From assembly GCF_018350175.1 (NCBI RefSeq), contig NC_058373.1, positions 110,114,001 to 110,178,000 on the forward strand: a DNA stretch of 64,000 bases. Direction: 5' to 3'. The stretch comes from Felis catus (lineage: Eukaryota). The notes under the pieces were generated by a model that was not told the origin of the DNA, searched no databases, and saw only the letters and a list, made by a program, of their open reading frames with translations. This document shows positions 1 to 11,230 of the stretch, in pieces; position 1 is the first letter of the stretch, and each line of letters opens with the position of its first letter. A program made the translations under genes and the position numbers.

Positions 1-401
1 ACCAAGTAACCAAATATTGTTACTTTTATAATTTAAAAGAGAAAAAAAAGAAAATGTAAATGAATGTGCTAACTGCAGAACATTTAAATAATGTACAAAA
101 GCATAAAGAGTAAAAGCACCATGATTCCACTGCTCTCAGATAAATACAGTCAACATTTATATAGTTAATATCAAACAGTATAGCTTCTATTTTATCATAC
201 TTTTGCTACCCTTGAGTTGTAATTAAAATTTTTTGTGCTGATTTGATAACTGAAAAGTGGTACCTCATTATTATTTTAATTTGTACTTATTTAATTACAT
301 GTAAGGTTGAACTGTCTTTCATGTATTTATCGGCCATTTGTTTTTGTGAATTATCTGTTCTTGCGTTTTTTGAATTTTCTTTGGGACCTTAGTACTTTTC
401 T

Positions 402-630
402 GTCTTTTTTTTTTTTTTTTTTTTTTAACGTTTATTTATTTTTGAGACAGAGAGAGACAGAGCATGAGCAGGGGAGGGGCAGAAAGAGAGGGAGACACCG
501 AATCTGAAACAGGCTCCAGGCTCTGAGCTGTCAGCACAGAGCCCGACGCAGGGCTCGAACTCACTCACTGCGAGATCATGACCTGAGCCGAAGTCGGACA
601 CTTAACCGACTGAGCCACCCAAGCACCCCA
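402..630 (-). mobile_element. Can-SINE (feline SINEC_Fc type)
   Basis: tRNA-derived head, (CT)n, A-tail; 18-bp TSD GGACCTTAGTACTTTTCT at 384-401 and 632-649. Confidence 0.95.
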
Positions 631-1003
631 AGGACCTTAGTACTTTTCTTATTGAATTTATGAGCTCTTTGAATCACGACGCATTTTCATTTGTGTGGCA
701 AATATTTTTACCAAGTTGTTGACTTTTAAGTTGTTTATTTTATTTTACATGGAAAATTTTTATATTGATGTTCCTGCTCTTATCCCTAAAAAGGCCCCTT
801 CACACCCAGAGGGTAGATCACTTTTCATGGATAATTTCTTTTTGTAGTTTTCTATTTTATATGTAACTTTCTGATCCACTGAAATTTATTTTTAGTGTGT
901 TGTATAAAGCATGGTTATAAATTTCTTTTCCAATAGCCATTTTTCTCCAATAACATTTAATGAATCTCCTTCCAACCGATTTGACTTAGAACAACTTCAT
1001 TTT

Positions 1004-1251
1004 GGGGTGCCTGCGTGGCTCAGTCGGTTGGGCGTCCGACTTCAGCTCAGGTTATGATCTCGCAGTTCTTGAGTTCGAGTCCTGCATCGGGCTCTGTGCT
1101 GACAGCTTTGGATTCTGCTTTGACGGCTTTGGAACCTGCTTTGGATTCTGTGTCTCCTTCTCTGTCTGCCCCTCCCTGCCCTTGCGTGTGTGCGCATGCT
1201 TGTGCTCTCTCCCCCTCTCTCTCTCAAAATAAATAAACATTTAAAAAAAAG
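1004..1251 (+). mobile_element. Can-SINE with internal 21-bp tandem duplication
   Basis: GGGGTGCCTG head, AATAAA tail; TSD AGAACAACTTCATTTT. Confidence 0.93.
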
Positions 1252-1561
1252 AGAACAACTTCATTTTAAGATTTATTACTACTCTCTCAACTTATTTGAC
1301 TATTGGCATTGTATTACTTCTAGGCTTTATTTTATTGAAGTGCTTACTGTGTAAACAATCTATGACAGACTATGTTTCTCAGAATCTCATTGTACTAACA
1401 TAACAATTTTTTAATGAAGTTTAAAAATAACATTTTTAGAGTACAAATGTACCTCGCTTTGGATTAATAATAATTAACTTTTTATGATTTCCTGACCAGA
1501 GTAAGGTTAATGTTTAACATATAACCTGAATATTTATTGTGGTCTCACTTTGTTTTCATAG

Positions 1562-1720
1562 CATCTTATTGCCAAAGGCTCTATGTATGAAGAGCTTGTG
1601 TCTAGAATTGAAGATACCTTACAAATGGATGTGCCGAATATTTCCAGCCAGGAGTCCCTTCAACATGTTCTCACAGTTGGGCTTCAGGCAAAGATTCAAG
1701 AAGCGAAAGAGAAAGTTCAG
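1562..1720 (+). CDS. SYNE2: SYNE2 window exon 1 (159 nt) HLIAKGSMYEELV...EAKEKVQ
   Basis: ttttcatag| acceptor; CAG|gtctct weak donor; phase 0/0. Confidence 0.88.
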
Positions 1721-2018
1721 GTCTCTCTTTAATATTTCCTATTAAGTGAATCCAGTCTTTAAAACTGAGTGGTCAGTAGGAGGATGGGGAAGAGAGGGAG
1801 GGATTGCCCTCTAAGTTGGAAACGTTTTATAAAATATTACTTTTGTGTTTTATGTGTATATTTTAACAATTTAGAGCACATTGAAAAATATCAACATAAT
1901 AAGTAGGATATTCTCATGTCTAGTGGGAAAATAAGAGTCACTCCTCAAAGACTGTAGTTGTTAATTTGTGACTTACCGAAAAGCGGGGCCAGCTGTTGAG
2001 AATTTTTTGTCTTTGCAG

Positions 2019-2192
2019 ATCAGTATGGTGAAATTAGTTTCCGTGTTGAAAAACTCAGCTGATGCTTCCCCAGATCTGGATGTCAGGCTGAAAGTGGAGG
2101 AGTCACAGAGGGAACTTGAATCATACATGACAAGGGCTGAGCAATTACTTGGACAAAGAGAGAGCCGGAGTGGACTAATTTCAAAATACAAG
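2019..2192 (+). CDS. SYNE2: SYNE2 window exon 2 (174 nt) ISMVKLVSV...GLISKYK
   Basis: ctttgcag| ... AAG|gtggga; phase 0/0. Confidence 0.92.
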
Positions 2193-2221
2193 GTGGGACT
2201 CTCAACTGTCAAATGTAGGCT

Positions 2222-2438
2222 CTTCTTTTTTTTTTTTTTTTTAACATTTATTCATTTTTAAGAGACAGAGACATGAGTAGGGCAAGTGCAGAGAGAGAGG
2301 GAGACACAGAATCTGAAGCAGGCTCCAGGCTCTGAGCTGTCAGCATAGAGCCCGACGCGGGGCTCAGACCCACAGACCGTGAGATCATGACCTGGGCCAA
2401 AGTCGGACACTTATCCCACCGAGCTACCCAGGCACCCC
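2222..2438 (-). mobile_element. Can-SINE
   Basis: TSD CAAATGTAGGCT. Confidence 0.94.
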
Positions 2439-2971
2439 CAAATGTAGGCTGTTTATTATCAGCTGCCTACCTCATGTGAAATCGAGATAATTCCGTCACT
2501 GTAATCATGCACAAAGTTACTGTAACTTTAAAGAATTTCCCAGTTTTATATGTTGTTCCCAGAAACTATTAAAAATATACATGAATGTGAGGAATTTTTT
2601 CAATTTAAACTTTAGTATAGATCTGCCGAATAGACTCAGTGGTATAGTGTCACGAGCACAACTGATTGTACGATATTCAGCATGAGTTTAATTTTTCTTG
2701 CTTTTTAAATTAGTAAAGTGGGCAGCATAATTCCAGCTGCCAAATTTGTTGTGAGACGTTAAATAAAAAAGAGGCACATGAAGGCCCTTGGAATAGGTAA
2801 AGTTCTCTGAATATAAAATCACACTTTTGTCATTAACATGCTTTTGTAGAAGTTATATGTGATTTTATGGGTAAAGATCCAGTGATGTTGTTTTGTGTGG
2901 TGATAGTTTCAGGTTGCTTTTGCCGGTTTGATAGGCGACTCAAGATGTGTGGAAATCCGAGAGTCATTATT

Positions 2972-3197
2972 TTTTTTTTAAAGAATTTTTTTTTTTCAAC
3001 GTTTATTTATTTTTGGGACAGAGAGAGACAGAGCATGAACGGGGGAGGGGCAGAGAGAGGGAGACACAGAATCAGAAACAGGCTCCAGGCTCCGAGCCAT
3101 CAGCCCAGAGCCTGATGCGGGGCTCAAACTCACGGACCACGAGATCGTGACCTGGCTGAAGTCGGACGCTTAACCGACTGCGCCACCCAGGCGCCCC
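2972..3197 (-). mobile_element. Young SINEC_Fc
   Basis: TSD ATCCGAGAGTCATTATT. Confidence 0.95.
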
Positions 3198-3608
3198 ATC
3201 CGAGAGTCATTATTAATTAACATGATGGGAGGCACTTGGGTGGTCTATGAAGTAAAAGTACGATAAGGTCTCTACCATTGGATACATTGGAGAGGTAGAG
3301 TGATATGTGTCCTTTTGTTCCTTTATTCAATATTTCACACACTTATTGGACATTTAACATGAGCTAGACTTCCGGGGGGACCGCCCCACTCTTCTAGAAG
3401 AAGGAGCCTCTTTATTCTCATCATGGCCTCCTTCTCTTTTCTGGGCCTCAGTCCTCATCTGGCTTTCTGGATTGCGAACCCGACCACGGCCCTGTTATCA
3501 GCCGTCTCAACACTGCTTTTCCCAGGACCCCAAAGACCTCCCCTGCGTGATCCATGTCTGTTTGCACGTTGCTAGCCCACCATCTTTGACCAGTTCCCTC
3601 GGCCTTTT

Positions 3609-3839
3609 TTTTTTTTTTTTTTAATTTTTTTTTTTCAACATTTATTTATTTTTGAGACAGAGAGAGACAGAGCATGAACGGGGGGAGGGCCAGAGAGAGA
3701 GGGAGACACAGAATCTGAAGCAGGCTCCAGGCTCTGAGCTGTCAGCACAGAGCCTGATGTGGGGCTCGAACTCACGGACCGTGAGATCGTGACCTGAGCG
3801 AAGTCAGACGCTCAACCGGCTGAGCCACCCAGGCGCCCC
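3609..3839 (-). mobile_element. Can-SINE
   Basis: TSD TTCCCTCRGCCTTTT. Confidence 0.93.
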
Positions 3840-5125
3840 TCCCTCAGCCTTTTATTGTCGCTTGTATTCCTAGGTTGCTGAGAGTGCTGAACTGACCTTA
3901 AAGAGTCAGTGGTTCTTTTGAATAATCACCAGGCTGGATTTCCTGGTGCTGATATGGTCAGCTTAGGAAAGAGAAGGAAGAGACAAAATGGAGGCTCAAG
4001 GCCCCTTCTCTCCCAGAGAGAGGGGTTAGAGGGGTCAGTCTGGCGCCATTTTCCTCCCGCTGAGGGTCTACCTTTTGGAATCTGAGGCCACAGATTTCCC
4101 CCCTTTTATCTCTGGCATTTAGTAAAGTAGAGCCATTTTCATGGCAGAAGCAAGATCTCTGCCCTGCCACGTCCTGCCCTGAGACCCCTGGGACTCCAGG
4201 GGCACATGAGTCATGGGAGCCCTCTGCCAGCATGTAGGGTTAGAGCGTCTCCCCAGGTAATAAATCCAGCAATCCTCACAGAGGCCTTGGAGGAAGGCCC
4301 TGGGGCTCAGCCTTGTACCTTTTCCACAGTACGCCCATAATAAATACGTCGTGGGCGCATGAATGAATTCCCACCGTGCTTAAGTGCCTTATTCCCTAAA
4401 GTTACTTTTGTCTTCTGTCTCCTGTAGGTTTTCTGTCTCTTTCACAAGCACCAAACTATTCTGTGTTCTGGCATTTCCTAATTAATTAAACTAGGTTTCT
4501 GCCAGGTAATTGCCAGGTCTATAAGAGCAGGTAAGCATGAGATAAGGAGCAGACGCGTCTCTGTCCACTGCTACTCCCTCTCTGGGGCAGGACTGCCAGT
4601 GTGGTTGGCCCTGGGCAAAACTTTGAAGTTGATGATAAGGTAATGTTGACTTGTTGCAGCCTAAAAATGCTTATGCACAATATTAAATATTGGCCTATTA
4701 ATCCTACTATAAATTGTGTCTTCTTACAACACTAATCTCTAATACATGCCAGTATATTCTTCGTATTGTATTGTTAACGAAGGATGGTCCTCTATTCACT
4801 AGTACTTAGGAACTTTAGAGGAAACAGTGCCAGTGGCTCGGTCCCCTGCACAATAATCCTTTCAGTGATTTATCAGAAGGGTAACAAAAGTCCTTTTGAA
4901 TATCCTAAGCAAGTCTTTATCTGGTCCTCAAATGTCTAACAACATTTGATTAATAAATATTTTGCAGTTCTTTTCAAAGTTATTCAAGAGATGCAAAAGG
5001 GATATCAACCTTAGTTTACAAAAAGTCTCTCCTAAATCTTCATAGTCCCCAAAAAGTCTTTTCCCAGTTCTGCCCCTGAAAGACCTACCAAAATTAGCTT
5101 TGAGGACTTGGCAGTAGAATGAGAC

Positions 5126-5482
5126 TTTTTTTTTTTTTTTAAAGATTTTATTTAAAAAAAAATTTTTTTTTTAGCGTTTATTTATTTTTGGGACAGAGAG
5201 AGACAGAGCATGAACGGGGGAGGGGCAGAGAGAGAGGGAGACACAGAATCGGAAGCAGGCTCCAGGCTCTGAGCCATCAGCCCAGAGCCCGACGCGGGGC
5301 TCGAACTCCCGGACCGCGAGATCGTGACCTGGCTGAAGTCGGACGCTTAACCGACTGCGCCACCCAGGCGCCCCTAAAGATTTTATTTTTTAAGCAATCT
5401 GTATACCCAACGTGGGGCCCAAACGCAGAACCCCAAGACCCGAGAGTCGCACCCTCTGCTGACTGAGCCAGCCAGGCACCCC
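5126..5482 (-). mobile_element. Young SINEC_Fc nested in the A-tail of a short tRNA-derived Can-SINE
   Basis: Inner TSD TAAAGATTTTATTT; outer TSD TAGAATGAGRC. Confidence 0.9.
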
Positions 5483-5525
5483 TAGAATGAGGCCTTCATG
5501 TTCTCATTTACGTTCTCTTTTTTAG

Positions 5526-5660
5526 GAAGCACTAATAATTCTAAATTCTAAAAGTCTGGTCAAGTATTTGAAAGCTGTTGAGGAACTGAAAAATGATGTA
5601 ACTGAGGGTGTAAAGCTGTCTTTGGAAGAAGAGAGTAGACGTGTCTGTGCCAAGTGGGAG
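5526..5660 (+). CDS. SYNE2: SYNE2 window exon 3 (135 nt) EALIILNSKS...VCAKWE
   Basis: ttttag| ... GAG|gtaaga; phase 0/0. Confidence 0.93.
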
Positions 5661-5689
5661 GTAAGAACATGCACATGTATCTGGGATTC

Positions 5690-6137
5690 TGCTTGTAGAT
5701 CTGACCCTGGGCCCATTTGTCATCAGTCATTCCTGGCCATCCCTGTGTACTTGGTATCACAGTGGGGGCTGATCCTGTGAGTTTCCCAGGGCCCAGTCAG
5801 GTTCTGTGTTCAGCCAATGACCACACGGCTTGGAGATTAGCGGGTGATTGGAGGGGGGAAAGGGGAGAGTCCAAAGTCCCTCTCTTGGACAGTGTCTTTG
5901 GTGGCTGTGGGTTCCATGGTTCCAGATTCTGATGACCCTTCTGTCTGGGCTCCTCTGAAGCCTCCAGCCCAGCAGTATAACAGCCTTCTGCCAGTGTTCA
6001 TCTCCGGATTGCCTTACTGTCCTCCCTTTGGCTTTTCTGTTCTTTCGTCTCGTGTGTAACTAGTTCCCTGCATTTGATTCCCTCTGAGTTAAATATTTAG
6101 TGTTTCCTGGGTCCCTAGTTGGATCCTGACTGAGACA
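5690..6137 (+). mobile_element. Probable old ERVL-type solo LTR remnant
   Basis: Ends ...TTGGATCCTGACTGAGACA with LTR-like 3' region; family not determined. Confidence 0.4.
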
Positions 6138-6439
6138 ACATATAGACACATATGCACATGTAGAGTTTCCTAGTGAAATAGGCATAGACTTTGATGGCAG
6201 ACAGACCTTGATTCAACAGCTATGACCTTGGGTAAGTTGTTTCACCCTCTAGGAACGTATCTGAGAAAATGGGGTTGTGTGCAACCACTTGGCAGGATTA
6301 TCAAAAGGATTTATCTAAAGCCCCACCACAGAGATTGTGTTCAATAAGCGGTGATTTGTATTCAGCGTGTGTGTCTGGAGAGAGAGAATAAGGTAATATA
6401 ATTGAATGTCTACTGTTAAAGGCACTTAAAACATATTTT

Positions 6440-6646
6440 ATTTAACTTTTGTTTTTTTTTTTTATTTTAGAGAGAGAGAGAGCGTGTGAGTGGGGGAGAG
6501 GGTCAGAGGGAGAGAGAGAGAATCTCAAGCAGGCTCCACATCCAATGTGGAGGCTGATGTGGGGCTCGATCCCATGACCCTGGGATCATGACCTGAGCTG
6601 AAATCCAGAGTTGGATGCTCACCTGACGGAGCCACCCAGGCGCCCC
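6440..6646 (-). mobile_element. Older Can-SINE
   Basis: (GA)n tract and reverse head CCCAGGCGCCCC. Confidence 0.9.
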
Positions 6647-6717
6647 TTAAAAACATGCTTTTAAATAGACGTTTATTTAAAATAAATAAATTAAATGAAA
6701 AGTTAAACAAATTTCTA

Positions 6718-6732
6718 AATTTTAGAACAATT

Positions 6733-6771
<39 letters not shown>

Positions 6772-7060
6772 TAATTTTAGAGCAATTTTAGATTTACTGA
6801 ATTATTACAAAGATAGTACAGAGAGTTCCAGTGTACCCCAGGCCCAGTATTATTATCCCTTATTATTATCATCTTACATTAATACGGTATCTTTGTCACA
6901 CTTAATGGCCCAACGATGGTACGTTATTTCCTTACGTTTATACTTTATGCATGTTTCCACCGTGTTTCCCTCCTCTCATTTTTTTTCTATTTCAGAATCC
7001 CATCCAGGACATACACTTTAGTTCCGTGTTATTTCTCCATAGGCTCGGAATGTGTTTTGT
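6718..7060 (-). mobile_element. Old L1 (L1MB-like) 3' end containing a (TTTA)n tract
   Basis: TTTTAGATTTAC...AGATAGTACAGAGAGTTCC motif typical of old L1 3' ends. Confidence 0.6.
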
Positions 7061-7355
7061 ATATGTTTTCTCTAGTCTCCAGCCGTGTCTTTTCCATTCT
7101 CTTAATGGTATCTTTCACAGCTAATACATGGTTTTCGTTGTTAGAAAAAGAAAATATGTTTCTGGGTCTGGTATATTTTAAAACATCCTTCCCAGTGACA
7201 TAAAGACGAATCAGAATGTCGTTTAAACCCTCTTTCGACCCTGTGTTACTACAAATATTCTTATTGGGTTTTTGATGAAAATCTTTTCAATGTATTCTTT
7301 TCTCATAGTTAGCTAATACATGTGCCTTTGTGGGCTTTTTTTTTTTTTTTTGCAG

Positions 7356-7514
7356 TCTCTTCATCATGAGATGTCTTTGTATATTCAACAACTGAAAATA
7401 GACATTGAAAAAGGAAAACTCAGTGACAGTATTTCAAAACTTGAAAAACAAATAAATAAAGAAAAGAAACTAATTCGCAGAGGAAGGACCAAGGGTCTCA
7501 TCAAGGAACATGAG
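7356..7514 (+). CDS. SYNE2: SYNE2 window exon 4 (159 nt) SLHHEMSLY...GLIKEHE
   Basis: polyT-gcag| ... GAG|gtacca; phase 0/0. Confidence 0.93.
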
Positions 7515-8087
7515 GTACCACCTGTTTTCCATTTATATGTTGTCATCATTTTGGAGTTTCTCTTACATGGTTGTGTATGTCCTTCACCTTGGATTAAACC
7601 TGCTCTGAAAATTACGTCAGTCCTCTTGTCCGTTTCCTGGGGATTATCCCTTACGTGGTTCGAGTTCTAACTGCAGCCTGTGTTTCTTGCTTTTGGGACA
7701 TGAGAAAAATTCAGCGTCAAGTTATTATTTCATGATTTCCCTTGCCATGGCTCAGTGGCCCCTGTCCCTTGAGACTGTGGTTGCAAATGTGTCACCTGTT
7801 GCTTAAGTACCCACAGTTGATTTTGAGGGGACAAGGTGTCCTCAGAAGTGCTGCTTTTGGAAAAGATAGCAAATCAGGATATAAGCATCTGGGGCAAATC
7901 TCATGCTCCGTCCGGCCCCCATCCTATATGATTGCTTCTATTTATTTGACAGTGTTGACTCTTCTTTCCTTTAAACTGTTTACTGCCGTGGCTCTCCCAA
8001 TATCAACCTCTCTTGCTTTTCCTTATTTGATTATTTTTTGGGGGGTGGGGAACTTCTTTTTAGCGTCATTCACAAATTTCTCTCTCT

Positions 8088-8181
8088 TTTTAAAGTAATC
8101 TTCATACCCAACGTGGGGCTCGAACTCATGACCCGAGATCAACAGTCGCACAGTCTACCAACTGAGCCAGGCAGGGGCCCC
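8088..8181 (-). mobile_element. Short tRNA-derived Can-SINE
   Basis: TSD CACAAATTTCTCT; head homology. Confidence 0.85.
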
Positions 8182-9078
8182 ACAAATTTCTCTGTTTCCC
8201 TTGTGTTATCTTAACACTAAAACTTGTGTTTTAGTTTTGAGAGTCTCCATTTTTGGCTGCTGTCATGCCTGCCCTAGGGGGTTTTCTGCCCTTGGCGGCT
8301 TTAATGATAAAACCCTCTCTGCAGTGATAGTGCCTAAATCTTTATCACCACCTGAGTCCTTTCCTCTGAGGTCCAGATTCTGTTTCTGAGTGGTACATGT
8401 CCCAGTGTTCTTCAGAAACCTCCAGTTCAGCGTGTCCAAAACTAGCCCATATCTTCCCTCAAACTTTGCTCCCTTTTGTATCTGTTGGTCATGAAGCCAC
8501 TGCAGCCTGAGAACTCCCCTCCTCCCCATCCCCTTTCCTTCCTGCTCAGCTGTGATGGAGTCAGTTGCCAGGCCTCATGGGTTACTCTCCAGGACACCTG
8601 CTTCCTCTCCTTCTTTTCCACGGTGTTGCCATTGCCCTTGACCTGGGGTATTTTCCCCATGCGATGATGGCCACATCATCTTCCAGACCCATCAACGGAG
8701 AGACCCCTTTGAACCACAAATCCTATGTCACTGCCTCACTGTTACTCCCAGAATATCTCTAAGCCCCTTAGAACACCACGCAGGTGGGCCACAGTCTGGC
8801 CTCAAGACATGCCTTCAGCGTCCCTTCTCCCGTGCTGTGCCCACCAGCCACACTAGACCGCTGTTCTTTCAGAACATCTGGAGCTTTCTTCCCCTTGGCT
8901 GTTCCTTCTGGTAGGAGTGACCTCTCTCGGCTCTGACTCGGAGCAGTCGGACTTGTTCTGGCCGCATCTCCCTCAGATGGCTCCCACATGTGGAGTGGGT
9001 TTTCTCGGAGTCCTTAAGGCAGGCAGTGACCCTGTCATAACACTTGTCACACTATGCGCACATTATCTGTATGACCAC

Positions 9079-9631
9079 TGGAGGGGAGGAAAAAAAATTA
9101 TTTTTTTGACTCCTGAGGGTCCCTGAAAATGAAACCGACAAAGGCAGATGAACAGGAGAAAAGCGTACATATTTTATTGAATTTTTACATGCACGTGGGA
9201 GCCTTCATAAGAGAGTAAAGACCCAAAGAAGTGACCAGAGAAGGAATTTTTTATACCTTGTAGACAACAAAGCCGTACATTTGTGAAGAACTGGCAAGGC
9301 AAAGATAAGGGTTAGTTTAACAAGGTTTGTTTGCAGATTTCTCCGGTACTGTCTCTGGGCTGATGAGAGTCTATCGCTAATAAAAAGAGACTTTATTTCC
9401 TGCCTGTAGGCAGAAAGCAGGGAGCTTTTTCTGTGTTTGCTGCTTCTTAATTGCCTTTAGCTCAAAATAATTTTCGCACCAAAGAGGCATATTTTTGGCG
9501 GCGTCTGGCTGGCTCAGTAGAGCGTGTGCCTCTTGATCTCGAGGTCGTGAGTTTGAGCCCCACGTTGGGTGTAGAGATGACTTAAAAAAAAAGGAGGCAT
9601 ATTTTGGGGTGACATATTCTGGTTTCATTCA
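9079..9631 (-). mobile_element. MER34-like ERV1 solo LTR with nested short Can-SINE (9497-9593, +)
   Basis: Minus strand begins TGAATGAAACCAGAATATGTCACCCCAAAATATGCCTC and ends ...CCTCCCCTCCA (TG..CA); nested SINE TSD GAGGCATATTTT. Confidence 0.75.
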
Positions 9632-9837
9632 CTGCATTACTAGACTGTGGTGAATCCCTTTCAGGCTGACTTCCTCATCTTTGTTTCTCCAGTGCCCATT
9701 ACCACACCGGGCGCACAGCGGATGGCCTATAAAAGATTATGTTGTTAAAGTCACACACATCTGTTAGTTTCTAATCCTTACGGACTAATCACGCAGACTC
9801 CTTTGAAACACATTGCCTGCTTTATTTCCTCAATCAG

Positions 9838-10049
9838 GCCTGCTTTTCTGAGGAAGGCGGTCTGTACCAGCTCCATCACCACATGGACGTCCTGCGGGAG
9901 CTGTGTGAAGAGCTGACTTCACAGAAGAGTCAACAAGAAGTGAGGAGGGCCCTCAAAGATTATGAACAGAAGATAGAAAGACTTCGGAAGTGTGCTTCCG
10001 AGATTCACGGGGCGCTGCAGCCCGCGGTGGGAGGCGTGTCGAAAAACAA
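9838..10049 (+). CDS. SYNE2: SYNE2 window exon 5 (212 nt) ACFSEEGGLYQLHHHMD...GGVSKN
   Basis: caatcag| ... AA|gtgagt; phase 0/2. Confidence 0.92.
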
Positions 10050-10195
10050 GTGAGTGCTTCATAAGATTAACTACACATCAGGGGAAAACAAGAGAAAGCC
10101 CCTTGCAAGATCGAATGACAAGGAGTGTTATTTATTCTCTTTTAGACTTCCTGTTTCTGCCTCTGTTTTAACGTGCAATTTTGATTCCTTCCTAG

Positions 10196-10286
10196 GGAGC
10201 CCATGAGCACGTCTGAGAACGGAGGAAGGAATGCCCACAGCGAGGTGCCATCTGCAAACTCAGATAATCAGCCATCAGCTGAACAG
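10196..10286 (+). CDS. SYNE2: SYNE2 window exon 6 (91 nt) EPMSTSENGG...NQPSAEQ
   Basis: ccttcctag| ... CAG|gtgtca; phase 2/0; linker-like sequence. Confidence 0.87.
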
Positions 10287-11111
10287 GTGTCACATGCGGA
10301 TAATGTATTTTAGAAGTAAACCCAGTGAAAAAAAGCCAAGCGCACAACAATCCGCTTCTCATTAATTGCTAGCTTTAATTATCTCATTATTTTCATCAGC
10401 TGAGGAAGTAATGCAAGAAAGACTCCCTTTCAGAGAATTACAACACAGTGAACCAAAGCTATAGCGAGCGTAACGTTTTCTTCTCCTGAGGATACAACAG
10501 CTCTTTCAGAAAGAGACCATTTGCAGACATTACGATTACACGTAGTCTGTGCACGTTCCTATTCAGGGGTACGAGAGGTTGAGTTTCATCTGTACGGATG
10601 CCTCAGCTGCATGGAGATGAGCTAGTTATTATTTGTCTTTTTCTCAGTACGTTGTCGTTTGCTCCCCTTGGGGATTGAATTTTCTGAATTCTTGAATTTT
10701 AGGTAAGTGGCCATGCACTGTGGGTCATAGCCCAGCCTGCTAGTCTGAAGCTGTGGGGAAGGAACCAGGTGTATTTGAAATCAGAGGTCTGGCCTGCACG
10801 CTAGGCTTCCGAAGGCTTTTGACTATGGCTGTGCAGTCGTAGGCAGAGACAGTATTTAGGGGTTTAGGGGCTGGGAGAACACCTTTCCTGTGCTGATATA
10901 CCGATTAGAAGGTGAGACTCCGTGTAATAAATCTCTTCTGTCCTAGGGGAAGGCCTTTCTCTGACCTGAGAAGCTTCAAATAAATTTTATTATCTCCTGG
11001 GTGAGGGTATAAAGAATTAGTGATATCCCTTTGTACTATAAAATGTTTATCTTTTCCAGGCAATTAAGTATATTGAAAGTATTATGTTTGCTATTTTGCA
11101 TATTTGCTTAG

Positions 11112-11230
11112 GCAATGGGATCAATTAAGAATTTTAGCCTGGAATCCGAGTTAAAGCCTCAACAGGAAGAAAGCGTTATGGAGAAGTATGAGAAGGGTCA
11201 CGATGCATCTGTCCGTAGTTTACAAGAGAG
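11112..11230 (+). CDS. SYNE2: SYNE2 window exon 7 (119 nt) AMGSIKNFSLESE...SLQE(R)
   Basis: tgcttag| ... AG|gtaact; phase 0/2. Confidence 0.88.
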
